64,000 bases of DNA from Bdellovibrionales bacterium (GCA_965217115.1 OZ244239.1:1312001-1376000); one strand, 5' to 3'; counted from the first letter of the stretch, positions 41,268 to 50,300 are shown. The notes: a model not told the origin generated them from the letters alone. Program-made: numbers and translations.

Positions 41268-41833
41268 AACCATTTGGCTGGGAACAACGATGCCATTCAT
41301 CACTTTGTGATGAAGGCATGGTTAAATTTATAGGAATATTGAGTTGGTGGGATGGAGATGATTTTTAACCAGTAATCTCTAGCATCGCAGTTGATCGTGT
41401 TGTTTTCAGGTTTAAAGATGGGGTTGGGGGTGGCGTTTGCTTTGCGAGTATTGCAGCAAAGTGAACCCACTTGGAGATGAAGCTCCTTGGGAGCACTCTC
41501 ATTGGAAAAAGGATTTGGCTGGGAACAACGATGCCATTCATCACTTTGTGATGAAGGCATGGGTTAAATTTATAGGAATATTGAGTTGGTGGGATGGAGA
41601 TGATTTTTAACCAATTGAAGGTTTCTAATGAGCGGTGATTTAATTGGGGTTTGTTTTCAGGTTTAAAGATGGGGTTGGGGGTGGCGCTTGCTTTGTGAGC
41701 ATTGCAGCAGAGCGAACCCACTTGGAGATGAAGCTCCTTGGGAGCACTCTCATTGGAAAAACTATTTGGTTGGGAACAACGATGGCATTCATCACTTTGT
41801 GATGAAGGCATGGTTAAATTTATAAGAATATTG
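41268..41833. repeat. Tandem ~240-250-bp repeat units: shared ~100-bp block plus degenerate/chimeric element copies
   Basis: Block TTTGGYTGGGAACAACGATGSCATTCATCACTTTGTGATGAAGGCATGG... recurs at about 41273, 41514 and 41765. ACTTGGAGAT...CTCATTRGAAA recurs three times. Confidence 0.9.
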
Positions 41834-41877
41834 ATATAAAAACATTGTTTTTTTTTATTTACTGCCATATTTTATTT

Positions 41878-42153
41878 ATGAAAAATTTGGTGATGATACC
41901 TACCTATAATAGAAAAGAGAATAAACCTGAGGGGTTGGTAGAGATTTTGAAAACCTGTGAATACATAGATTTTGTGATGGGTTTTCGTTATATTACTGGT
42001 GGTCCTATGGTGAATTGGAGTTTGGGGTATGTTTTTGAAGATCGTCAATTAGGCCAAAGTAAAATGTCTTCCAAAACTGGAATAGAAACATTTTCTAGAA
42101 TATGGAAAATCCATTTAAATTATTTATATGGTATAAACAGAGAGTTGGTATAA
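41878..42153 (+). pseudogene. Internally deleted polyprenol-phosphate mannose synthase-type GT2 remnant
   Basis: Retains IPTYN..EN, D.V.G.RY..GG..VNW and F.DR..GQSKMS blocks in only 91 aa; the DxD-containing region is absent. Confidence 0.7.
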
Positions 42154-43593
42154 ATGGGACCTGTGCTATTTCGGCCATCAGTTCTTTTTTCAATTTTAAC
42201 CTTAAATATCTTCTTAATTCTTGGAGCATATCCTTTTTTAACGGATGGGACATTTTTCGATGCATTGGTTTACTCTTCCATAGCTAGAAATATGTCGGAG
42301 TTAAGCCACAGCTTTTGGAGTCCCCATCATTTCTTCGGAAGTGAAAAGGTTTTTTATGAACATCCCCCGATGCAGTTTTGGCTTCAGTCTCATTTTTTTA
42401 ATATTTTAGGGGATCATTTATGGGTAGATCGATTATTCTCATTTGTAGTGTTTTTGATAAATCTGCTAATTATGTTAAAAATATGGAATTTTTTAAATTT
42501 AAGAAAAAAAATTAAAAATGACCAAAATAATAGTTTATTATGGCTTCCTGTACTTCTCTGGATATCAGCTCCGTTAGTTTTTTGGTCATATCCAATAACT
42601 ATGTTGGAAAATACACTTACTCTATTTACTGCCTTGTCAGCATTGTTTTTTCTTGGATATAAAAAAACAAATCACTTTGGTTATTTCTTTCTTTATGTTT
42701 TATCTATTGCAGGGGCGTTTCTCGTAAAAGGACCTGTTGGATTATTCCCTTTAGCTTTTCCAGTATTTTATGGACTATCTTTCTACTCTAATTTATGGAA
42801 AAAGTACTTCGCTGAGACTATCTATGTCATAATTATACTTACTCTTATATTTGGATTTATTTTTGTTATAGATAAAGAGAGCTACCCCTTTTTAAAACAG
42901 TATTTTAACCAACAAGTTCTTGCAAGTCTTCAGGGAGTTAGGGAATCTCCTGAACCTCCTTGGAAAACATTGTTTGAAATAGTTAACCAAAATTTATTAG
43001 CCTTTATTTTGGGATTGTTGCTTGTTAAAAATAAAAAGCTTATTTTTAATGATATATGGGATGACAAAGAGAAAAGGGGCACGTTCTTTTTTATGGCCTT
43101 CGTCTCTTTGAGTGCATCTCTTCCGCTAATGGTAAGTCCTAAACAGCGACTTTTTTATATCATCCCCTCGATATTCTTTTACTCACTATGTTTCGCATTG
43201 CTATTTCGAAGCGGTATTGAAAGACGGCTCTTATCTATGAAAAATAAGCATAGAAATAAAAAGTTATTTTTTGGTTTTTTGTTTCTAACAATTGTTATAT
43301 GTATATTTTTATTAAAAAAAATCGGCTCTGTACGCAGGGATCACTCAGATATAGAAGTAACAAGTTTTATCAAAAATCATTTGGTTGCTGGATCTACTGT
43401 GAGAATGAAACCAAAACCTGATTGGAGTCTAATAAGTTATTTACAGCGTTACCATAAAATTACAACAAAAGTAGGGAATTCAAAAGACACTATTATCTTA
43501 ATTACGCCAAATTCTTATCGACAAAAAATTACAGGTAAAGTTTTATTTTCAAATAAGAACTGGACTGTATATGAGGAAAAAAGATTATTTTAA
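42154..43593 (+). CDS. ArnT/PMT-like (GT-C fold) membrane glycosyltransferase
   Basis: FDALVY..IARNM, EHPP and KGPVG motifs; many TM helices; ATG abuts the stop of the GT2 remnant. Confidence 0.85.
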   Translation: MGPVLFRPSVLFSILTLNIFLILGAYPFLTDGTFFDALVYSSIARNMSELSHSFWSPHHFFGSEKVFYEHPPMQFWLQSHFFNILGDHLWVDRLFSFVVFLINLLIMLKIWNFLNLRKKIKNDQNNSLLWLPVLLWISAPLVFWSYPITMLENTLTLFTALSALFFLGYKKTNHFGYFFLYVLSIAGAFLVKGPVGLFPLAFPVFYGLSFYSNLWKKYFAETIYVIIILTLIFGFIFVIDKESYPFLKQYFNQQVLASLQGVRESPEPPWKTLFEIVNQNLLAFILGLLLVKNKKLIFNDIWDDKEKRGTFFFMAFVSLSASLPLMVSPKQRLFYIIPSIFFYSLCFALLFRSGIERRLLSMKNKHRNKKLFFGFLFLTIVICIFLLKKIGSVRRDHSDIEVTSFIKNHLVAGSTVRMKPKPDWSLISYLQRYHKITTKVGNSKDTIILITPNSYRQKITGKVLFSNKNWTVYEEKRLF

Positions 43594-43614
43594 TAGAATA
43601 TCCCACTTGAAACC

Positions 43615-43730
43615 ATTCTTATTAGAATAACCATTTGCATGGGAACAACAGAACCATTCAGCATACCAACGAGAAAAGTCAATTGAAGGTTTCTAATGAG
43701 CCGTGATTTAAGTGAGTTTTGTTTTCAAAT
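43615..43730. repeat. Degenerate partial copy of the repeat block and element end
   Basis: CTTATTAGAATAACCATTTGCATGGGAACAAC and AATTGAAGGTTTCTAATGAGCCGTGATTTAAGTG match the 41.2-41.7 kb and 44.0 kb copies. Confidence 0.75.
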
Positions 43731-43884
43731 GAATGAGCTTCAATGCAATGCCCGTTCTTCCCAGTCACACATGCTCGCAAAGCAACCCCGTTGATCACAC
43801 TTGTTAGCTCTCCCCATAAGATCACGTTGTTGTTAGATCACTCTGCAAGATCACACTGTTAAATCGCCCTACTCAGTCACTCTA

Positions 43885-44014
43885 CTCATCCGCACTTCTC
43901 ATCCACACTTCTCATCCACACTTCTCATCCGCACTTCTCATCCGCACTTCTCAGCCGCACTGTTCAGCCGCACTGTTCAGCCGCGCTGTTCAGTCGCGCT
44001 TCTCAGCCGCGTTG
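43885..44014. repeat. 13-bp minisatellite, 10 units
   Basis: CTCATCC(G/A)CACTT x5 grading into (C/T)TCAG(C/T)CGC(A/G)(C/T)T(G/T) x5. Confidence 0.92.
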
Positions 44015-44032
44015 TTCCCAGTCAGTTGAAGG

Positions 44033-44171
44033 TTTCTAATGAGCGGTGATTTAAGTGGGTTTTGTTTTCAGGTGAGTTCGGCTTGGTGCGATGCTCGCAA
44101 AGCGAGCGCCGCAGCCAAACGAATGTCTGAACCTGAAAATAAAGCCCACTTAAATCACCGCCCACTTCGCC
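44033..44171. repeat. Hairpin element copy B, inverted relative to copy A
   Basis: Arms 44044-44073 and 44131-44160. Core 44074-44130 is the reverse complement of the copy A core at 55/57. Ends are TTTCTAATGAG and CCCACTTCGCC. Confidence 0.9.
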
Positions 44172-44174
44172 AAA

Positions 44175-44639
44175 TCAAAACGGTTTTATTTGTTCAAACT
44201 GAGCACTCTCCTCATTATAATGAAAAATATTTAAGTGAGCGATAAGATTGTCATCAAAGCTTGGTGCAAGAACCTCTAGAGTGTTGTCATTATCGATATC
44301 GTCAATTGCTAGATTTATGGTTCGGCCTTTCATTTGAAAATATCCATCTTGATTACCACTGAGCTTTGTTTTCCATATTTTTTTAAAATCACCATTTGTT
44401 TGTTGTTGATAGAATTCAAGAAAAAGTCCTTCAGCGACCTGAAATTTAACAACCTTTACGTAGTGACCGTCTTTTAAGAGATCTGCCACAGCTGTTGATA
44501 GTACACGCCTCTGACTTCCAAGGATCCAGTGGCGAGCTTTATATCTTAGTGATGAAGAAAAAACCACAACACCTGAAATGACAAAAGAGAAGATGCAGAT
44601 GAGTGTTTTTGTTAAATGTCGCGAGTAGAGTTCTTCCAT
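44175..44639 (-). CDS. Hypothetical membrane-anchored protein with FG-GAP-like motif
   Basis: N-terminal TM helix; DIDNDNTLEVL motif. Confidence 0.7.
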   Translation of the reverse strand: MEELYSRHLTKTLICIFSFVISGVVVFSSSLRYKARHWILGSQRRVLSTAVADLLKDGHYVKVVKFQVAEGLFLEFYQQQTNGDFKKIWKTKLSGNQDGYFQMKGRTINLAIDDIDNDNTLEVLAPSFDDNLIAHLNIFHYNEESAQFEQIKPF

Positions 44640-44657
44640 GGATTTATCTTAAACCAT

Positions 44658-45422
44658 TCATCGTTTTAATTGTAGCATAACAGGACAATGGTCTGAACCC
44701 ATAACCTCTGATTGATGGGTGATTTTCTTTACACGGTCAATCAGAGCTACTGTTGAGCAGAAATAATCTAATCTCCAACCAATATTACGTTGACGCACAC
44801 CAGGACGGTAGCTCCACCAAGTGTAATGCTCAGGCTCTTTGACGAAATGTCGGAAAATATCTACATAATCAGCATTGAGAAAATTATCCATCCAAGCCCG
44901 TTCTTGAGGGAGAAAACCAGCATTATTTTTATTTGCTTTTGGGTTTTTAAGATCAATTTCATGGTGAGCGACATTGAAGTCGCCACAAAGAATAACATCT
45001 TTACCTGTTTTCTTAAGGCGATTCATATATAGGTGTATTTTTTTGCAAAAGGCGATTTTGTAATCTAGACGAGTGTGTTCTCTTTGGCTATTAGGGAAGT
45101 AGGCAGTTATGAGATAAAAATCGGGATATTCAGCGGTGAGAACACGTCCTTCTTTATCAATGTCTTTAACCCCGATGCCGTAACTAATATTGAGTGGTTC
45201 TTTCTTACTGTAGATGGCGACACTTGAGTAACCTTTTTTTTCTGCCGAATGCCAGTAAGAATGGTACTTAAGAGGGTGGAGTGTCTCTTCAGAAAGCTGT
45301 TCAGGGTGTGCTTTTGTTTCTTGTAAACAGACAATATCAGCCCTTTGTTTAGAAAACCAATCGATAAAACCATTTTTTACACAGGCTCGAATTCCGTTAA
45401 CATTCCATGTGATTAATTTCAT
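44658..45422 (-). CDS. xth: Exodeoxyribonuclease III
   Basis: TWNVNG, LQETK, GDFNVAH, TWWSYR and SDHCPV motifs. Confidence 0.95.
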   Translation of the reverse strand: MKLITWNVNGIRACVKNGFIDWFSKQRADIVCLQETKAHPEQLSEETLHPLKYHSYWHSAEKKGYSSVAIYSKKEPLNISYGIGVKDIDKEGRVLTAEYPDFYLITAYFPNSQREHTRLDYKIAFCKKIHLYMNRLKKTGKDVILCGDFNVAHHEIDLKNPKANKNNAGFLPQERAWMDNFLNADYVDIFRHFVKEPEHYTWWSYRPGVRQRNIGWRLDYFCSTVALIDRVKKITHQSEVMGSDHCPVMLQLKR

Positions 45423-45450
45423 AACAATTGTCCTTTTTAAACGGATGCCT

Positions 45451-46146
45451 TTATAGTTGAGTTATAAAACTTAGTTGCCTACCTGAGGATTCTCCATCTC
45501 GGCGATAGGAATGAAAATCTGGATCAGTATAGGTATTTATTGGAAGAGTTAAAACCTGCTGATCACTAATACAGAAAGGATGAAGTTGTTGTAAAATAAT
45601 TTTGTTCAAATCGACCAAAAACTTGTTTGAAGATTTTTTTATATAGACTGAAGAATGGTTTTTCCGTGGAACAGAGTAGAGGAGGCATTCTAAGATGTCT
45701 TTTTCAACTTCAAAATTATCAGATTTAATATGAGGGCCAATAGCAATACGAATATTTTCAGGAAGAGCCTTTTTTTGCAAGAATAGTTCTATCCCTTTAG
45801 AGAGAATATTCTGGGCAACCCCTTTCCAGCCAGCATGAAGAGCCATGAGCATATTTGATTTTATTTCCCAGACAAAAATAGGAACACAATCTGCAGTAGT
45901 AACTCCAAGGGAGAGACCAATTTCTGTTGTCCACAGTCCATCGGCTTCACAGGGATTTTCAGACAAAGCCTTTTGGCTGGACACGATACGATGGCCATGA
46001 ACCTGTTTTGCCATAACAGGTTGAAATTGCGGAAAACTTTTTTTCCAATGGCCTAGAGAACTTTTCTTGTTACCAAAGAAAACCATGAAAGACTTAGTTT
46101 GGTACTTATATCCATAAGGTGTTTTTTGTAAAAGGTCATTTTTCAT
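45451..46146 (-). CDS. pgeF: PgeF/YfiH family protein
   Basis: QVHG, TADCVP, HAGWKG and SYRRDG motifs; downstream of rluD. Confidence 0.92.
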   Translation of the reverse strand: MKNDLLQKTPYGYKYQTKSFMVFFGNKKSSLGHWKKSFPQFQPVMAKQVHGHRIVSSQKALSENPCEADGLWTTEIGLSLGVTTADCVPIFVWEIKSNMLMALHAGWKGVAQNILSKGIELFLQKKALPENIRIAIGPHIKSDNFEVEKDILECLLYSVPRKNHSSVYIKKSSNKFLVDLNKIILQQLHPFCISDQQVLTLPINTYTDPDFHSYRRDGESSGRQLSFITQL

Positions 46147-46388
46147 AATAAAACCATTCAGTTATCGAATAAAATCTCTGTGCTATTAAAGAAATATTTT
46201 TTTTTCAAAGAGATTATTGTAGCGCGATTTTATCAAAAATGCAATGAGTAGGTAAGGCTTCGTAATTAAGTCAGGTTTTTTTTGCTTATTGCATTCTCTA
46301 GAAAATGAAAAACTTAAAGTTATGGCTAAGATGTTTAAAAATAGGTTCAGAGGTTTTTCTAAAAAACGATGGTTTGTATCATTACGAA

Positions 46389-47339
46389 TTAAGAACAAAG
46401 ATTTTTTAAGATATCTGGCATATCGGTAGAGAAAAAGAAATCTTTTTTGGAGGAAGGGTGCTTAAACCCTAGTTCCTTGGCGTGAAGAGCAAAGCGTCCA
46501 AGGTCCTTGATTTTCTTTTTAAGATTCTCTGATTTTAAATTTTTATAATAGCCAAGCGCTCCATAAAGGTCATCGCCAACAACTGGATGGCCAATATGTG
46601 AGAGATGAACTCGAATTTGATGTGTACGACCAGTTTCTAATTTTAATTCTACGAGATTCAGTCCAGAGGGAGTTGTCATAAGAACTTTGTAATGGGTTTT
46701 GGACCACTTACCTTTGTCTTTGTCGTTATTGAGGGAAAATTTTTTTCTATGATTAGGATGGCGAGATATAAAACCTTCAATGGAGTCATTGAGTGATTTA
46801 AATTTGCCAAAACAAATAGCGTGATAGACTCGATGGGTCGTTTTGTCCTTAAACTGTTGGGCGAGTAAATTATGAGAATGGTTATTTTTTGCAACAACTA
46901 ATAGACCGCTAGTGTCTTTATCCAGTCTATGAACAATTCCAGGGCGTTTTTCTTTAAGTCCCATAGAGAGTTCATCGGTGTGAGCAATGAGAGCATTAAC
47001 GAGAGTGTCCTGGTCATGCCCTGCAGCAGGGTGTACAACAAGCCCCGAAGGTTTATTGAGAACAATAAGATCTTGATCTTCGTGTATTATATCTAAGGGA
47101 TAATTCCATGGAACGAGGGTTGAGGGTTTTTCAGGGGGCATTTGTAAATATAATTGATCTCCCTTTTCAAGGAGATAGGAGGGCTTTTGAAGATGACCAT
47201 TCACTTTAATATGGCCAGCTTTTATGAGAAGGCTAGCCTGAGAGCGACTTGTAATATTCTCTCTATGACCAAGAAAGGAGTCTAACCTTTGGCCTGCATT
47301 GTCTTGAGTGATGGTGATAGAAATCACTAATCCCGTCAT
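46389..47339 (-). CDS. rluD: RluD-type 23S rRNA pseudouridine synthase
   Basis: S4 domain, NKPSGLVVHP, HRLDKDTSG and TGRTHQIRVH motifs. Confidence 0.93.
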   Translation of the reverse strand: MTGLVISITITQDNAGQRLDSFLGHRENITSRSQASLLIKAGHIKVNGHLQKPSYLLEKGDQLYLQMPPEKPSTLVPWNYPLDIIHEDQDLIVLNKPSGLVVHPAAGHDQDTLVNALIAHTDELSMGLKEKRPGIVHRLDKDTSGLLVVAKNNHSHNLLAQQFKDKTTHRVYHAICFGKFKSLNDSIEGFISRHPNHRKKFSLNNDKDKGKWSKTHYKVLMTTPSGLNLVELKLETGRTHQIRVHLSHIGHPVVGDDLYGALGYYKNLKSENLKKKIKDLGRFALHAKELGFKHPSSKKDFFFSTDMPDILKNLCS

Positions 47340-48082
47340 TGAGTTGACCGTTGAATCAATGGTTTTAGAAGTCCCTCTTGTAGCCTCTCTTCAGCCGAAG
47401 ATGGGCGTATATAAATGGGGCAAGCTGTTTCCCAAGTTTTAGCTTGTTCTTCAAACCATTCTTTACAGAGCTTCGGTATAACATTAAGGCTATCTGGGTA
47501 ATCTCTGTAGTTGGAAGATCGAATTAAATTCTTATTGAGATGAAGATTAAAAAAATCTTTGTAAAAGAGATATCCATCTCCAAGGCAAAGGTGAGGAGAA
47601 ACAATAGAGTCATTTAATTGCGCAACCGGAAGAGCAAAGGGAGCGAGAATATTTTGTAAAGTATTTTGTTCCCATTTGAAAGAGGCTATATAGACCATGT
47701 TTTTAAATGCATTTATTATACAGAGAATAGGAAGAGTCTGCCTGTCTTTTTGCTTATAAGTAGAGAGAGCCAGATTTTCCAGTGAATTCATCGTATAGAT
47801 TGGTTTTTTCACGACATAGGCAAGGGATTTAACGGTATTAAGTCCAACACGCAAACCGGTGAAACTACCTGGTCCGTGAGTGACAAGAAAGCCATCTAAA
47901 TCGTCGAGAGACCAGTTACTTTTATGAAAAGATTCTTCAATGGATGGAGAAAGATATTCACTGTGGGCTTTTTCTTTTTCCCAAGAGTGTTGATAAATTA
48001 TTTTTGAATCTTTTTTGTTAGTTTCGATTAAGCTAAGGCTTCCTCTGAGTGTGCTTGTGTCAACGGATAATAGCTTTAACAA
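47336..48082 (-). CDS. tsaB: tRNA t6A biosynthesis protein TsaB
   Basis: VDTST, HSE, GPGSFTGLRVG and PIYIR motifs. Confidence 0.92.
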   Translation of the reverse strand: MLKLLSVDTSTLRGSLSLIETNKKDSKIIYQHSWEKEKAHSEYLSPSIEESFHKSNWSLDDLDGFLVTHGPGSFTGLRVGLNTVKSLAYVVKKPIYTMNSLENLALSTYKQKDRQTLPILCIINAFKNMVYIASFKWEQNTLQNILAPFALPVAQLNDSIVSPHLCLGDGYLFYKDFFNLHLNKNLIRSSNYRDYPDSLNVIPKLCKEWFEEQAKTWETACPIYIRPSSAEERLQEGLLKPLIQRSTQ

Positions 48083-48088
48083 AGTCTT

Positions 48089-49765
48089 TTACCAATTAAA
48101 GTTTAAAATTCGTGAAAAATCATTAAAGAGAGCAAAGGCCATTAAGCTCATAAGAAGAATGACACCAATTTGTTGGGCGACAAGCATCTTTTTTAGGCTA
48201 ATAGGCCCACCTCGAATTGCTTCGATACTAAAAAAGAGAAGATGGCCCCCGTCAAGAACAGGAACGGGTAAGAGGTTGATGATGAAGAGATTTACAGAGA
48301 TGACGGCCATTATTTGTAGGAACTGAATCCATCCAGTTTTAAAGCTCTGGCTGGCAATTTGGCCGATAGAAAGGATTCCACCAATATTTTTTGGAGATAT
48401 TTTAGCTTGAAAAAGGCGAACAAAGCTAAGGGCTGTCATAACTGTGACATCCCAAGTACGCGTGGCTCCTAGCCAGAGAGCATTTATTGGGTTTGTTTCT
48501 TTTACGGTTATGATGGAGGGAATAGAGGATATGATAAAGGGCGCAATACCTACAGTGTAACGATTTTCTTCGAAGCCTTGGCGGTTCATTTGACGGGTTA
48601 TTTTTGGAAAAATATTAAAGGTGAACTGCTTTCCTTTTCTCTGTACAGTTATATGAATAGGTTTCTTTTCTTTATTAAAAGAGGAGATAGAGGAAACAAC
48701 ATCCTTCCAAGAGGTAATGGTTTTGTTATTAATACTAACAAGACGATCTCCAGTGAGAAGACCTGCTTTTTGCGCAGGAGAATGGGCGATAACTCTTTGT
48801 AGATAAAGATCAGGGTCGTCAAAGCCAAGTTGTGCAAAAATATTTTTCTTTGATAAAGGGCGATTAAGAACAACTGAAAAGGTTGTTGCTTCTTCTTTCT
48901 CAAAATCTATACGATCAAGGGTGACAGTTATAGGAAAAGAAGCTTTATTAAAACTTTGGCGAAGCTCTCTCCAATGGTGGATATCGACGGCGTTAATTTT
49001 TTTTATAAGATCTCCGGTTCTTATTCCTGCGATAAATGCAGGAGACTGGTGAGACTTGATGGCAACAACGCTGGAGCGAGATTTAGTTGAAAGGCCTTCG
49101 ATCTGACCAATTTTTTCATCAGGGCTGAGAATATTGGGATTGTCGCCAAGAAGAGGTGTGACAGAAACGTTAATAGATGTATTTTTGCGTTTGATTTGAA
49201 ATGGAAGCAATTTATTGAAGTTTTTTTGTATAATGGCTTGAGCTTCACTCCATGTTTTTATGGGCTTATCAGAAATAGACATTATGGTATCGCCTGAGCG
49301 AAATCCTACTTGATAGGCCTTTGATGAGTTATGAATGTCTCCTAATTTTGCAGAGAGACGAGGCTCTCCTGAAAATGCAATGAGAGTAAAGATCAAAAAG
49401 GCAAAAAAGAGATTCATAAGAGGTCCAGCTAGAACAATGGCGATTCTCTGGCCGACAGGTTTGTGGAGAAAAGCGACAGATTTTTGTTCATCTGATATTT
49501 CAGCTGAGAGGTCATCGCCGTACATTTTAACATAGCCACCTAAAGGGATAAGACTGAGACAATAGACAGTGTCCCCCTTTTTGTATTGAAGTATTTTTTT
49601 ACCAAATCCGAGACTAAAGACCTCAATTTTAACCTTATAAAATTTTGCGACAAGAAAATGTCCCATTTCATGGACGAAGATTAAAAGCCCGAGAAGAATA
49701 ACAAAGGGAACGATAACCGATAGACCTGATTGTAGCCATTCAATGAGAAATGAGATAGATTCCAT
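48089..49765 (-). CDS. rseP: RIP metalloprotease RseP with multiple PDZ domains
   Basis: HEMGH, AGPLMN and NLLPVPVLDGG motifs. Confidence 0.95.
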   Translation of the reverse strand: MESISFLIEWLQSGLSVIVPFVILLGLLIFVHEMGHFLVAKFYKVKIEVFSLGFGKKILQYKKGDTVYCLSLIPLGGYVKMYGDDLSAEISDEQKSVAFLHKPVGQRIAIVLAGPLMNLFFAFLIFTLIAFSGEPRLSAKLGDIHNSSKAYQVGFRSGDTIMSISDKPIKTWSEAQAIIQKNFNKLLPFQIKRKNTSINVSVTPLLGDNPNILSPDEKIGQIEGLSTKSRSSVVAIKSHQSPAFIAGIRTGDLIKKINAVDIHHWRELRQSFNKASFPITVTLDRIDFEKEEATTFSVVLNRPLSKKNIFAQLGFDDPDLYLQRVIAHSPAQKAGLLTGDRLVSINNKTITSWKDVVSSISSFNKEKKPIHITVQRKGKQFTFNIFPKITRQMNRQGFEENRYTVGIAPFIISSIPSIITVKETNPINALWLGATRTWDVTVMTALSFVRLFQAKISPKNIGGILSIGQIASQSFKTGWIQFLQIMAVISVNLFIINLLPVPVLDGGHLLFFSIEAIRGGPISLKKMLVAQQIGVILLMSLMAFALFNDFSRILNFNW

Positions 49766-49886
49766 GGGGCTATTCTAATAATATAGAGACCATTAGTACA
49801 CTCTAAATAATTTATAGAGCACCATGTCTGGACCTTTTGGACTTGGGTTTTGGTTCAAATGGGCTCTTGATTATAAACAATAGTCA

Positions 49887-50300
49887 TTAACAGAAAATTC
49901 GACCAATTTTTAATCCATCAGGAGCAAAAAGAATATCAATAAAAACAGAAACAAAGATACCACCTATAATCCAGAGTGATTTTGTCTTAAAGGGAATAGT
50001 TGAGGGAGTTTTAAAAAGAAAAAGAATAAGACTCCACTCAAAAATTCTTATAGGGGAATAAACTAAGAAATACATGGGAAATTCACCATCATGTAATGCT
50101 GAAACAGGTAGCAAATCTGTATTTATCCCAATGAGAATACCAAGGACAGCGCCTATAAGGGCTCTAAAAAGGCCAAGAGCTAAACTTCTTCCAATAGGTA
50201 CCTTTGGGGAGAGAGTTAAGTATTTAATGCCAACACCACACCACAAGGAGTAGCCAATAATTTTCATAAATGCATAAAGTAAATGGCCAGAAAATATCAT
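49887..50300 (-). CDS. Hypothetical small integral membrane protein
   Basis: 137 aa with about 4 hydrophobic segments; codirectional with neighbours. Confidence 0.65.
   Translation of the reverse strand: MIFSGHLLYAFMKIIGYSLWCGVGIKYLTLSPKVPIGRSLALGLFRALIGAVLGILIGINTDLLPVSALHDGEFPMYFLVYSPIRIFEWSLILFLFKTPSTIPFKTKSLWIIGGIFVSVFIDILFAPDGLKIGRIFC

Noticed and set aside
41129..41833. CRISPR array
   Set aside because: Units are about 240-250 bp with near-identical intervening sequence rather than unique spacers, and there are no cas genes.
41018..41868. ORFs 41018-41209, 41082-41303, 41126-41368, 41300-41560 and 41365-41868 (also 44039-44245)
   Set aside because: These are translations of the non-coding repeat and hairpin units on both strands, with no protein motifs.
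41129..44171. Classical integron cassette array or IS composite transposon
   Set aside because: No integrase or transposase is present, the elements are inverted rather than direct, and no clear RYYYAAC/GTTRRRY boundaries or target duplication were seen. Kept only as an analogy.
46186..46398. 70-aa ORF between rluD and pgeF
   Set aside because: AT-rich with no recognisable features; it could be real but the sequence does not support it.
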